64,000 nucleotides of DNA from an uncultured Gammaproteobacteria bacterium. GTDB lineage: Bacteria > Patescibacteriota > Patescibacteriia > Magasanikbacterales > UBA922. Of the stretch, positions 51,796 through 61,581 are shown in pieces. The stretch covers positions 3,901-67,900 of the forward strand of contig CAZQHU010000003.1 of the NCBI GenBank assembly GCA_964592785.1. The letters are read 5' to 3'. The notes under the pieces were generated by a model. That model did no database searches, was not told the DNA's origin, and saw only the letters and a list, made by a program, of their open reading frames with translations. The first letter of the stretch is position 1, and each line of letters starts with the position of its first letter. A program made the position numbers and the translations under genes.

Positions 51796-51920
51796 GTCAT
51801 CCCGAACTTGCCTGCCCGCCAATGCCAGGCAAGGCAGGTGAGTTTTAGGATCTCTCATAAAATAATTTTACTAAGCAAAACAATCTAACGGAAAGATGCT
51901 GAAATAAATTCAGCATGACA
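51796..51920. repeat. Two-hairpin MITE-like element, copy 3, with a nested GC-rich hairpin insertion; fills the dut-thyA spacer
   Basis: Ends GTCATCCcgaa... and ...GATGCTGAAataaaTTCAGCATGACA. The nested segment cttgcctgcccgccaatgccaggcaaggcagg resembles the inner hairpin of the 34001-34150 TIR. Confidence 0.65.
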
Positions 51921-51926
51921 AACGTT

Positions 51927-52799
51927 ATGCAATCATATTTAAACATTGTAAAAAATATTCTAGAAAACGGGGTGAAAAAATCCGACCGCACTGGTACTGG
52001 CACTTTGGCAGTTGCTGGAGCTATGTTCCAACATGATATGGCCGATGGTTTCCCCTTGCTCACAACCAAAAAAATGCCCTACCGTCTAATTGCTTCAGAA
52101 TTGGAATTTTTTATCAAAGGCATTTGTGATAAACAATGGCTGTTGGACAAAAACAATCACATCTGGGATGAATGGTGCACTCCACTAAAAGTCCCCTATG
52201 CGCATGATGAAGAAACTAAGAAAAAAATGTTGGCTGAACGCGATCTTGGACCAATCTACGGTTGGCAGTGGCGACATTTTGGAGCCAAATACGTAAGTTA
52301 TGACACAGATTACACTGGTCAAGGTGTAGATCAATTGAAAAGATTGGTTGATGACCTAAAAAAAACTCCCCATAGCCGGCAAATGCTGGTACTTGCTTGG
52401 AACCCCATGGATCGCGATATTGTGGTGCCACCATTTTGTCATTATGGTTTTCAAGTCACGGTGCTTGATGGCAAACTAAATTTATTCTGGAGTCAACGCT
52501 CGGTGGATACTATGCTTGGACTGCCATTTAATATTGCCAGTTATGCTACTCTGCTTCATTTACTAGCAAAAGAAACTGGATATAAGGAAGGCAAACTCAC
52601 TGGTTTTTTGGCTGATGTGCATATTTACACAGACCATCTTGAAGGTGCCCGTGAACAACTCACGCGCGATCCCAATCTCTACCCACTACCACAGATTCAG
52701 ACTAATAAATTTACTAATATTTTTGATTGGGAGTATACGGATACAGAGTTGATTGGATATCAATCATACCCTGGTATAAAATTTCCCATTGCTATATAA
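51927..52799 (+). CDS. thyA: Thymidylate synthase ThyA
   Basis: RTGTGT and active-site Cys in the PPCH block. Start at MQSYLN, aligned to ThyA N-termini. Confidence 0.9.
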   Translation: MQSYLNIVKNILENGVKKSDRTGTGTLAVAGAMFQHDMADGFPLLTTKKMPYRLIASELEFFIKGICDKQWLLDKNNHIWDEWCTPLKVPYAHDEETKKKMLAERDLGPIYGWQWRHFGAKYVSYDTDYTGQGVDQLKRLVDDLKKTPHSRQMLVLAWNPMDRDIVVPPFCHYGFQVTVLDGKLNLFWSQRSVDTMLGLPFNIASYATLLHLLAKETGYKEGKLTGFLADVHIYTDHLEGAREQLTRDPNLYPLPQIQTNKFTNIFDWEYTDTELIGYQSYPGIKFPIAI

Positions 52800-52866
52800 A
52801 TAAACAGTGAATAAGTGTGCAAGTATATAAGTCAATAAGTACTTACAAACCTACACACTTGCATAC

Positions 52867-53352
52867 TTGCACACTCCTATGTTTAGTCTCATCGCCGCTG
52901 TAGCTGACAACAATTGTATTGGTGTAAATAACAAAATACCTTGGAATATTCCTGAGGATTTTAAATATTTCAAAGAAAAAACTCTAGGTAAAACTTGTCT
53001 CATGGGCCAAGCAACTTTTGAATCCATTCTTGGTTACCTTGGTAAGCCACTACCTGGACGCCAAACTGTAGTTCTCAGTAAAAATCCAGATTTCAAAGCA
53101 CCAGAAAACGTGCGTGTTTATGATGACATTGATAAAGCTTGGGAAGAACTTAAAAACGAAGATGTTTTTGTTTGTGGTGGGGCAACGATTTATCGACTGG
53201 CTATCAACCGCGTGGACACTCTCTATATCACTGAAGTACACATGGAGCCTGTTGGTGATGTCTTTTTTCCTGAGATAGATAAAAATATCTGGCAAGAAGT
53301 CTGGCGGGAAAACCACGAAAGATTTTCATTTGTAAAATACGAAAAAATATGA
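52867..53352 (+). CDS. folA: Dihydrofolate reductase
   Basis: MFSLIAAVADNNCIGVNNKIPW... Confidence 0.85.
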   Translation: MHTPMFSLIAAVADNNCIGVNNKIPWNIPEDFKYFKEKTLGKTCLMGQATFESILGYLGKPLPGRQTVVLSKNPDFKAPENVRVYDDIDKAWEELKNEDVFVCGGATIYRLAINRVDTLYITEVHMEPVGDVFFPEIDKNIWQEVWRENHERFSFVKYEKI

Positions 53353-53951
53353 GTGAAGAAGAAAGAAGTAGAGAATTAGCTTATTTAGAAACTTTAACAA
53401 CTCTACAAAGCAGAGCTGACATTGAAAATGGTAGGGTAATATACCAAAAACAAAATTTAGTTTTCTCCCCTTTTCTCTACGAAAACACCAAACAAATAGT
53501 CCAATCACGACAAGAAACAAGAGGAATTATTTTATCCAATCAACAAACAACTGGTGACAAAAAGTTTTTTCTGGCCCTATACATGCAAATACTAGGAATG
53601 GGAGATGAAGTAAGTGTCTATGTTGATCCTGATAAGAAAAAAGCTATAATGGAACTACTACAAAGACACCCTGAGTTAAAAGCTGTTGAATTCCACAGCC
53701 ACACTACAGAGACAGGTAAAATATGGGAACAAAGATTTTCTCCTGGCGATTACAATTCAATACACCAAATGCGAAAGAAAAATCCAGATTATACCCACGT
53801 ATTATTTACTCCAACACATATTCTAACAAACGGTAGAGAAAAAACCTCTTTTGTGTTGGCTAGATCTGGAGCTGACCAAACTCCTCATGAAGAAAATTAT
53901 GAAAGATTTGATACTGAATACAGAAGTATTTTAGAAAGAATAAAACAATAA
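53349..53951 (+). CDS. Hypothetical protein; weak JAB/MPN-like H-x-H...S-x-x-D arrangement
   Basis: EFHSHTTE...SPGD. The spacing is atypical, so this is low confidence. Confidence 0.35.
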   Translation: MSEEERSRELAYLETLTTLQSRADIENGRVIYQKQNLVFSPFLYENTKQIVQSRQETRGIILSNQQTTGDKKFFLALYMQILGMGDEVSVYVDPDKKKAIMELLQRHPELKAVEFHSHTTETGKIWEQRFSPGDYNSIHQMRKKNPDYTHVLFTPTHILTNGREKTSFVLARSGADQTPHEENYERFDTEYRSILERIKQ

Positions 53952-53952
53952 T

Positions 53953-54681
53953 ATGAACTCTGAACCCCAAACTCGGAACCCTGAACTCCCAAAAGGACTC
54001 TTCATCATGATCGAAGGCACAGACGGTTCAGGCAAAAGCCTGCAAACCGGTCTTTTGCTTGAACGGCTAAAAAAAGAAGGAAAAGATGTGGAACAAATAA
54101 GCTTTCCTCAATATGGAGAAAAAAGCGCTGGTTTAGTTGAATCCTATTTAAATGGTGAATTTGGCACTGCCCAAGAAGTTGGACCTTATCGTGCTTCTAT
54201 TCTTTATGCTGTAGATCGTTTTGCCGCCGCTCCAAAAATCAAACAATGGTTAGAGGCTGGAAAAATAGTAATCGCCAATCGCTATGTAGCTTCCAATATG
54301 GGACACCAAGGCGGAAAAATAAAAAATGAAGAAGAAAGAAAAAAATATTTTGAATGGAATTATAATTTGGAATACAATATTTTGGGAATTCCTCGTCCTC
54401 AAGTAAACTTAATTCTTCATGTCACTCCAGAAATTTCTCAACAACTGGTTGATAAAAAGGATGAACGTGAATATCTGCATGGGAAAAAAAGAGATATTCA
54501 CGAAGATGACCTAAGCCATCTTCACGATGCTGAACAAGCATATTTAAATATTGCCAAACTGTATCCAGAATTTAAACTGGTTGAATGTGTAAAAAACGAC
54601 CAAATCTTACCTCCAGAGGAAATTCATGCTATAATATGGGAAGAAATAAATAAACATTTAATTCAAAAGCCTAAAAGCTAA
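53953..54681 (+). CDS. tmk: Thymidylate kinase
   Basis: Walker A IEGTDGSGKS, DRY-like motif, LID region. Confidence 0.85.
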   Translation: MNSEPQTRNPELPKGLFIMIEGTDGSGKSLQTGLLLERLKKEGKDVEQISFPQYGEKSAGLVESYLNGEFGTAQEVGPYRASILYAVDRFAAAPKIKQWLEAGKIVIANRYVASNMGHQGGKIKNEEERKKYFEWNYNLEYNILGIPRPQVNLILHVTPEISQQLVDKKDEREYLHGKKRDIHEDDLSHLHDAEQAYLNIAKLYPEFKLVECVKNDQILPPEEIHAIIWEEINKHLIQKPKS

Positions 54682-54707
54682 CAGCTAGAAGCTATAAGCT
54701 AAAAAAT

Positions 54708-55499
54708 ATGTTAATCAAAGCTTCGGAAATAATCACTCAAAGCCTGGAACTTTACCAGAAAAATTATAAAGTAATTGGCCGTTATTTATTGCTTTTATTT
54801 ATCCCGACTGCCTTACTTACTCTAGTGGAATTGTTTTTTGGTTCCACTACCGGAGTTTTTCTAATTTTTGGTTTAAGCGCGCCGCTTTTTGTTTATTTTG
54901 CTTTTATCATTATTGCTTCTTTGGTAACCATGTGGCTTACTATCGCCCTATCTAGAAATATTTATTCAGAATATTCCACTAACCAGAGTCTGTCCATCAA
55001 ACCAGAACTACAAAAGAGCCTACATCTTGTTTTACCGGCTATTCTTGTTTCTATTTTAACTTTTTTAATTATTACCGGTGGCATGATTTTGTTAATTATC
55101 CCCGGAATAATTTTTGCAGTCTGGCTCGCTTTTTCATTTTACGCAGTAATTTTGGATGAACACAAAGCTACTGAATCATTAACCCTCAGTAAAAATTTGG
55201 TAAAAGGACGCTGGTGGCCAGTACTCTGGAGATTATTTGCTCCGGCAGCTGTTTTTGGTGTCTTCCTACTCCTGGTACAATGGTTGGTAGCCATACCCGT
55301 AGAAATGATTGTCAACAATGTTACTGAAGGAAGTTTGGCTTTCAATATTTGGCTAACTTTCTTTTCTCTAGTAGGCGTGGCTTTGGCTTTGGCTTTTACC
55401 CCGCTTACTTCGGCTGCCACTATTATTCTTTATCAGGAATTGAAAAAAACTCCCATTCAACAGCCTGAACCAATTTCAGAAACTTTGAACGAAAATTAA
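54708..55499 (+). CDS. Polytopic membrane protein (about 6 TM)
   Basis: ORF track; hydrophobicity. Confidence 0.5.
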   Translation: MLIKASEIITQSLELYQKNYKVIGRYLLLLFIPTALLTLVELFFGSTTGVFLIFGLSAPLFVYFAFIIIASLVTMWLTIALSRNIYSEYSTNQSLSIKPELQKSLHLVLPAILVSILTFLIITGGMILLIIPGIIFAVWLAFSFYAVILDEHKATESLTLSKNLVKGRWWPVLWRLFAPAAVFGVFLLLVQWLVAIPVEMIVNNVTEGSLAFNIWLTFFSLVGVALALAFTPLTSAATIILYQELKKTPIQQPEPISETLNEN

Positions 55500-55503
55500 A
55501 ATT

Positions 55504-57081
55504 ATGAATGAAAAATACGTGGCAATTATTGGCATGGAGGTTCATGTAGAACTCAAAACCAAGAGCAAAATGTTTTGCTCTTGTTTTAACGATCCTCTCG
55601 CAAAAGAACCAAATACCAATATCTGCCCCATCTGTCTGGCTCACCCTGGCACTCTACCTGTACCCAATAAACAAGCTATTGTTTGGACAGTTTTGATTGG
55701 TAAAGCATTGAATTGTCAGATTCGTGAATTATCCAAATTTGATCGCAAACATTATTTTTATCCAGATCTACCAAAAGGTTACCAAATTTCCCAATACGAC
55801 GAACCGATTGCTGAGCGTGGCTTCATCGCTCTCAAATTTCCGCTTGAAGAAAATATTCGACAAGAAGCCAGGATTGGCATTACCAGAGTTCACCTAGAAG
55901 AAGATACAGCTAAACTTTTACATGATAACGATGGTTCAACCCTAGTTGATTTCAATCGCGCCGGCACCCCACTAGTAGAGATAGTTACTGACCCAGATTT
56001 CAAAACTGCCATTGAAGCCAAGACCTACTGTCAAGAATTACGCGCCATTTTTAGATATTTGGAAGTAAGCGATGCTGACATGGAAAAAGGTCAGATGCGT
56101 TGTGAGGCCAATGTCTCGGTTCAAGAAGCTGGAAAATTTGAAATTGTTGACGGTGTGGTCAAACCTCTAGGTGACTATAAACTAAACAATAAAATAGAAG
56201 TAAAAAATATTAATTCTTTCCGGGCGGTGGAAAAAGCCATTGAGTTTGAAATTCAAAGACAGATTAAACTACTCGAAGAAGAAGAAAATTGGGGTCAAGA
56301 AACTCGTGGCTGGGATGAGAACAAAGGAGAAACTGTTTTACAACGGGTAAAAGAAAATGCTGCTGACTATCGTTATTTTCCTGATCCAGATATTCCCCCC
56401 TTTCACCCACTCAAAATCGCCACCGCCTCGAAGCGGGGCACCGCTGTAGCGATGGCTGGAAAAATTTCTCTGCCAGAATTACCCTCACAAAAAAGAAATC
56501 GCTTTCATGAAGAGCTGGGTTTTTCCTACGCGGATGCACAAATTTTGACTGAAAATAGAGAACTGGCAAATTTTACTGAAAATGTTATGACTGAACTCCA
56601 AGAATGGCTAGACGAAATGCCGGAAAGCAAAAACAAAGCTGAAGATTTGCCTCAAAAAATGGCGCGCTTAGCCGGCGGTTGGATTACTAGCAAACTTTTA
56701 GGAATTTTAAATGAAAAAAATCTCTCAATAGCTGATATAAAATTTACCCCGGAAAATTTTGCTGAGTTAATCGCTCTTATCTATAATAACCGAGTCAATT
56801 CTACCAATGCTTATAAAATTCTCTTAATCATGGTTGGTTCTGACAAAGATAAAGACCCTACTCATATTTTGGAAGATAAAGGTTGGGGCCAAGTAGCTGA
56901 TGAAAATAAACTAAGCGAAGTAATAGTTGAAGTAGTCAAAAGTTACCCGCAACAAGTTGAACAATTTCGGACAGGCAAAGAACCAGTACTCCAATTTCTC
57001 AAAGGCATGGTCATGAAAGCCACCGAAGGCTCGGCTGATCCAGAAGTGGTGGAGAAGTTGTTAAGGGAGAAATTGAAATAA
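55504..57081 (+). CDS. gatB: Asp/Glu-tRNA amidotransferase subunit B
   Basis: Full-length GatB sequence. Confidence 0.9.
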   Translation: MNEKYVAIIGMEVHVELKTKSKMFCSCFNDPLAKEPNTNICPICLAHPGTLPVPNKQAIVWTVLIGKALNCQIRELSKFDRKHYFYPDLPKGYQISQYDEPIAERGFIALKFPLEENIRQEARIGITRVHLEEDTAKLLHDNDGSTLVDFNRAGTPLVEIVTDPDFKTAIEAKTYCQELRAIFRYLEVSDADMEKGQMRCEANVSVQEAGKFEIVDGVVKPLGDYKLNNKIEVKNINSFRAVEKAIEFEIQRQIKLLEEEENWGQETRGWDENKGETVLQRVKENAADYRYFPDPDIPPFHPLKIATASKRGTAVAMAGKISLPELPSQKRNRFHEELGFSYADAQILTENRELANFTENVMTELQEWLDEMPESKNKAEDLPQKMARLAGGWITSKLLGILNEKNLSIADIKFTPENFAELIALIYNNRVNSTNAYKILLIMVGSDKDKDPTHILEDKGWGQVADENKLSEVIVEVVKSYPQQVEQFRTGKEPVLQFLKGMVMKATEGSADPEVVEKLLREKLK

Positions 57082-57216
57082 ATAAAAACAAAAAATATCC
57101 ACAGTTCTATTTGTCTCATAAATAAAAATTTGGTACACTTGGACACGGTATGAATAAAACGCCATTCAAAAAGAAAAGAAAAGCCCCAGAACAATTTTTA
57201 AATTTTATTATTTCCA

Positions 57217-57244
57217 ATCCCGACATTTAGTCGGGATTTTTTTA
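57217..57244 (+). terminator. gatB terminator
   Basis: ATCCCGACatttaGTCGGGATttttttt. Confidence 0.6.
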
Positions 57245-57348
57245 TCAAGAAATTTATCGGTACAAGTATAAGTTTAGGACCAAACCGGTCCAAAATAACT
57301 TTCTTGCATCGAGATGCTCTTGGTAAAACTCAAACCAATAGGTGCAAT

Positions 57349-57612
57349 ATGTCCAGTCAGCTCATGCCCCCGGCTCCGGCTCAGGTAATCGTGGACGCCA
57401 ACTGGGATGAATGGGTGGAGAAGTACAGTGGTCTCCCGATCGTGCCCATTCAAGTGGAATTTCGTTTCACCTACCCCACCTTGTTTGGATGCGGTTGTTC
57501 CGGCACTCAATTCATCTGCACTTTCAACAGTGCGGGCATCCTCACCCACAACCGCTGTCCTCGACAGATCGAAGTCCACCGCAAATACTTCAACAGACCA
57601 CAAGCCAATTGA
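57349..57612 (+). CDS. GC-rich (about 52%) Cys-rich small ORF of 87 aa (cassette i)
   Basis: AGGTG lies 4 nt upstream of the ATG. It sits between two terminators. Antisense track ORFs are artefacts. Confidence 0.4.
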   Translation: MSSQLMPPAPAQVIVDANWDEWVEKYSGLPIVPIQVEFRFTYPTLFGCGCSGTQFICTFNSAGILTHNRCPRQIEVHRKYFNRPQAN

Positions 57613-57624
57613 CCAATTCCAAGA

Positions 57625-57663
57625 GCGAAAAGCCGACCCTTCGGGGTCGGCTTCGCCTTTTTT
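57625..57663. terminator. Terminator hairpin
   Basis: GCGAAaaGCCGACCCttcgGGGTCGGCTTCGCcttttt. Confidence 0.6.
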
Positions 57664-57670
57664 AAAAAAT

Positions 57671-58381
57671 TTAATGTGGAAGATTGTCTGTAAACTTTTT
57701 CAAATCTCTGGCATCTTCCAAGCTAATCACTCCTTTACGGCGATCCCGCTCTATTTGCATTTTTATTCCTTTACGAACCTGCCTGCCCAGCCCTGTACCC
57801 ACGCGCACTTTGGTAGCATGTTTTTCCACCAAATCAAGAAAATATTTCCTATCACTTTTATCAAGATGTTTGAAAGAAGCCCGCGATTGTTTTTGAGCGG
57901 TTTTGAAAAATTTACGATCCAACCCAACTTGAAACTTGCGGCCAAATCCCGTGCCAGTAGTCACGCCGATATCATATTTATTTGGCTCTGGTTTGGCTGA
58001 TAAGGCACTCGCTTCTGCTTCTTTTTTTTGGCGTCTGGCCATTGCCAAGCGACGCACATATTCATAACGCTTATCATCTGCCTCAGAATCAGAGTTGGTT
58101 GATTCTTGATTCAAATCTCTTTTTTTACCATTTATTGAAGTGGAAACTGTATTTTTGTTATTCAAACGTGAAATAGAACTCAAAGCTCTGGCGCCAGGAT
58201 TACTTACTTGATTAGTAGAAACTTTGGCGTTGTCTATGCTCTTCTGATAATTGAGCCGAGACACGGAAAGATTTTGCGCTCGAGGATTGACGCCCCCCAT
58301 CCGACCCGAAGCAAAGCTAGAACCACTAGCCAAAGAAGGGGTCAAAGAATTTAAAGGTTTAATAGCAACCATAAAAAACAT
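57671..58381 (-). CDS. Hypothetical basic protein with a low-complexity N-terminal half
   Basis: ORF track. Confidence 0.45.
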   Translation of the reverse strand: MFFMVAIKPLNSLTPSLASGSSFASGRMGGVNPRAQNLSVSRLNYQKSIDNAKVSTNQVSNPGARALSSISRLNNKNTVSTSINGKKRDLNQESTNSDSEADDKRYEYVRRLAMARRQKKEAEASALSAKPEPNKYDIGVTTGTGFGRKFQVGLDRKFFKTAQKQSRASFKHLDKSDRKYFLDLVEKHATKVRVGTGLGRQVRKGIKMQIERDRRKGVISLEDARDLKKFTDNLPH

Positions 58382-59317
58382 TTAATTTTTCAAAAAATCA
58401 TCAACTATAACTTCTGCTTCTGACAAATTTTCCACCCACTGAATATTTTTATTTTTACGAAACCAAGTGAGCTGACGTTTGGCATACTGCCTAGTATCTT
58501 TTTTGAGTTTTTCTACTGCTTGCTCCAAGGAAATTTGTCCTTCAAAATAATCTTTAAATTGTCGGTAACCAATACCACTCATGCTGGGTAAACTCCAGGC
58601 GTATTTTTGCTTTAATAAACTCTTTACTTCTTCAAGCAAGCCCTTTTCAATTTGTTCTTCTGTTCTTTTTTCAATATTATTATACAATAATTCTCGGGGT
58701 CTGGCTATGCCAATTTGTAAAAAATCAAACAAAGGTTCACCTTGTTTTTTTTGTTGTGAAAAAGATTCACCAGTGGTCAGAGTGACTTCCAACGCCCTCA
58801 CCAAACGTCGTTTGTTTTTGGTGTCAATCTTCGCAAAAGTATCTGGATCCATTTTTTTCAACCAAACTTGTAATTCTTCCAAACTTTTATTTTCCAAACT
58901 TTCACGCAATTTTTTATTGGGAACAACCTTGGGAATATGAAAATTATTCACCAAAGCATCAAGATAGAGCCCGGTGCCACCTATGACTATTGGTAAACGA
59001 TTGTTTTGCAAAGCCAATTTAATATATTTAACGGCCTTGTCGCGAAATTCAGCTACAGTAAAAATCTTCCCCGGATCTAAAAAATCCAATAAATGATGCG
59101 GAATACCCCGAACAAAATAAGTTCGACGCAAGCCATTCCAACGCCATTCCCCTGGCTCTTTGGCTGTGCCAATACTCATTTTTTTATAAATTTGCCGAGA
59201 ATCTGCAGAAATTATTTCACCATTATATTTTTCAGCCAAATCCAAACTCCAAGCCGTCTTACCGCTGGCTGTCGGTCCACAAATTACAATAACTTTGGGC
59301 AATTTATTTTTTGACAT
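58382..59317 (-). CDS. miaA: tRNA dimethylallyltransferase
   Basis: GPTASGKT P-loop and MiaA blocks. Confidence 0.9.
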   Translation of the reverse strand: MSKNKLPKVIVICGPTASGKTAWSLDLAEKYNGEIISADSRQIYKKMSIGTAKEPGEWRWNGLRRTYFVRGIPHHLLDFLDPGKIFTVAEFRDKAVKYIKLALQNNRLPIVIGGTGLYLDALVNNFHIPKVVPNKKLRESLENKSLEELQVWLKKMDPDTFAKIDTKNKRRLVRALEVTLTTGESFSQQKKQGEPLFDFLQIGIARPRELLYNNIEKRTEEQIEKGLLEEVKSLLKQKYAWSLPSMSGIGYRQFKDYFEGQISLEQAVEKLKKDTRQYAKRQLTWFRKNKNIQWVENLSEAEVIVDDFLKN

Positions 59318-59332
59318 TTTATTTTTTAGTTT

Positions 59333-60673
59333 TTAATTCGCCAATTTTCCGTATAATATCCATTCCCCAGCTTCCACTATTTCTACTGTCAAAATTTGTC
59401 CGATCATTTCTTCTGCACCAGGGAGACAAACCAATTTCATTTCATTTGAATTGCCATAGATATAGCCATCCTCATACCTATCTGCCAAAACTGAAACCTT
59501 TTTTCCAAGATATTTTTGATTTTTTTTAAAAACTGTTTCTTCCATCAAATCTTGTAATATTTGCCAGCGTCTTTTCTTTTCTTCACGGCTAATATCATCC
59601 AAAAACTTTTTGGCTGCCACTGTGCCACTTCGTTCACTATACATGGCATGATAAGAAATATCAAACTCGCACTGATGATACAAACCCACAGTATTTTGAA
59701 ATTGTTCCTCGGTTTCTCCACAAAAGCCCACGATGATATCAGTCCCCAAAGCCATATCTGGGCGAACTTGTTTGATTTTTTTTATCAATTCAAGATATTG
59801 TTCTCGGGTATATTTACGGTTCATCTTTTTGAGTATTTCATTATCGCCAGATTGTACTGGTAAATGCAAATAATTCACTTGATGTGACAATTTCAAAGCC
59901 TCAATCTGATAATCACTAAAATATTGAGGGTCGGCCGCTGTCCAGTTTATCCTCTCTATACCCTCTATTTGATTTATTTCCCAAAGTAAAGCTGAAAAAT
60001 CATCTTTTTCAGCAAACAAATTACCCTCACTCAATAGTCCATAGTCCGTAGTCTGTAGTCGATAATTATTCACCACTTGACCAAGCAATGTCACTTCTTT
60101 ACAACCATGTTTGGCTAAATCTCTAATTTCATCCAAAATACTTTTCAAAGAACGATTTTTCTCTCGACCGCGGGCATAAGGTACAACGCAATAGGTACAA
60201 AAATTATCACAACCAGTCTGAATACTGACAAAAGCGCGAAAATTTTCTGCACGCTTGGGTATAAACTGCCAATAATTTTCCAAATCAGTAAAATCTGTAT
60301 TAAATAAATCCGGATTGAATTCACGCAAACGTTTCGGAAGCTGAGGCAAATCGTCTATGGGGAAAAACCAATCTACGCCTGGTAATTTCTTTTGTAGTTT
60401 TCCGTCTTTATCACGCCCTGGCATACAGCCGGTCACGCCGATAAATAAATTCGCTTTATTTTTTCTAAATTTTTGCCATTCACGTACAAAACCAAAAACC
60501 CGATCTTCAGCCTGTTGGCGCACGCTACAAGTATTGATCAACAAAACTTCGGCTTCCTCCGGCTCCTCTGCTTCACTTAAACCCAAACTAGACAATAAGC
60601 CAACAATTCTTTCTGAATCATTTTTGTTCATCTGACATCCGAAAGTTAAGATGTGATATTTATGCTTTTCCAT
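59333..60673 (-). CDS. miaB: tRNA-i6A37 methylthiotransferase (radical SAM MTTase)
   Basis: UPF0004 N-terminal cysteines, CxxxCxxC radical-SAM motif, TRAM domain. Start trimmed to MEKHKYHILTFGCQMN. Confidence 0.85.
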   Translation of the reverse strand: MEKHKYHILTFGCQMNKNDSERIVGLLSSLGLSEAEEPEEAEVLLINTCSVRQQAEDRVFGFVREWQKFRKNKANLFIGVTGCMPGRDKDGKLQKKLPGVDWFFPIDDLPQLPKRLREFNPDLFNTDFTDLENYWQFIPKRAENFRAFVSIQTGCDNFCTYCVVPYARGREKNRSLKSILDEIRDLAKHGCKEVTLLGQVVNNYRLQTTDYGLLSEGNLFAEKDDFSALLWEINQIEGIERINWTAADPQYFSDYQIEALKLSHQVNYLHLPVQSGDNEILKKMNRKYTREQYLELIKKIKQVRPDMALGTDIIVGFCGETEEQFQNTVGLYHQCEFDISYHAMYSERSGTVAAKKFLDDISREEKKRRWQILQDLMEETVFKKNQKYLGKKVSVLADRYEDGYIYGNSNEMKLVCLPGAEEMIGQILTVEIVEAGEWILYGKLAN

Positions 60674-60798
60674 ATGGGGGTATATTATAGACAGGTAAAT
60701 AAAAAAAAGCAACAGTTAGCTAAATTTAGCTAAAAAAATTGACAAATCAGCTAAAATATGATATAATCTCTTTAGATTATAAATTTTAACCAAAAAAT

Positions 60799-61470
60799 AT
60801 GACTGTAGCTTCTCATGAAATAACTCCAAATCATCCAAGACCAAAAAGAAAAAAACATGAAGACCCTGATTTTGCAGGTTTGCCTTTAGATCCAAAAGCA
60901 CCAAATTGGAAAGAATTAGCACAAAGAACAGATGAACAGGATGCAATAAACCGTGAAAAAAGAGCAAAAATATTCAATTTAAAAAAAGAGCTAGGATTGG
61001 GTCGGGTAAATGTGGAAGAACGAGCAGCAAAAGAATCACGTGAACAAGCTGCTATACATGCCGAAGATCAAGCCAAATTAGAAGAATTAAAAGAAAGATT
61101 TGGTCTGAGTAAAAAAACAGCCGAACCAAATGTCCAAGAATCAACTGAAAACACATCACATTTAACAGTTGATCAAATTCTTGGGGCAGCTGCTTCTGGC
61201 TCTTTGAGCGATATTGAAATAATAACCCCAGCTGATAGAAATATTTTTGACCAAGCTTGGCAAAAAGCTTCCAGTCAAGTAGAAGAAGAGGATGCCCAAA
61301 CCAGTTTTTTTGGTAAATTGAAAAGAATGTTTTCAAAACCAAGTCAAATAGAAAAAACTTTTGATATCCTAGAAAATCGCCGAATAGAACTTGATGGTGG
61401 ACATGCTGGAGAAATGGCCAGAAAAATTCTTGACCAACGTGAAAAAGAATATCCTGAATTGGAAAGATAA
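60799..61470 (+). CDS. Highly charged hypothetical protein
   Basis: ORF track. Confidence 0.45.
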   Translation: MTVASHEITPNHPRPKRKKHEDPDFAGLPLDPKAPNWKELAQRTDEQDAINREKRAKIFNLKKELGLGRVNVEERAAKESREQAAIHAEDQAKLEELKERFGLSKKTAEPNVQESTENTSHLTVDQILGAAASGSLSDIEIITPADRNIFDQAWQKASSQVEEEDAQTSFFGKLKRMFSKPSQIEKTFDILENRRIELDGGHAGEMARKILDQREKEYPELER

Positions 61471-61482
61471 AAAAATAAATCC

Positions 61483-61580
61483 AAAACCCCCAGGCTTCAC
61501 TTCGTTACGCCTGGTAAACTAGTATAATTATTACAATACTAGCTTGCCAGGCGTAGCCCGAAGGGCGAAGCCTGGGGGTT
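61483..61580. repeat. About 100-nt three-tier near-perfect hairpin (12-bp outer stem CCCCCAGGCTTC/GAAGCCTGGGGG)
   Basis: Nested inverted repeats acgcctgg...ccaggcgt and ctagtat...atactag, in a convergent intergenic spacer. Confidence 0.6.
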
Positions 61581-61581
61581 T

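Noticed and set aside
57274-58000. Track ORFs 57274-57603 (minus), 57407-58000 (plus) and 57411-57665 (plus)
   Set aside because: They overlap the terminator-bounded island and the start of the 57671-58381 gene. Only the 57349-57612 frame has an SD-like AGGTG and ends before the terminator.
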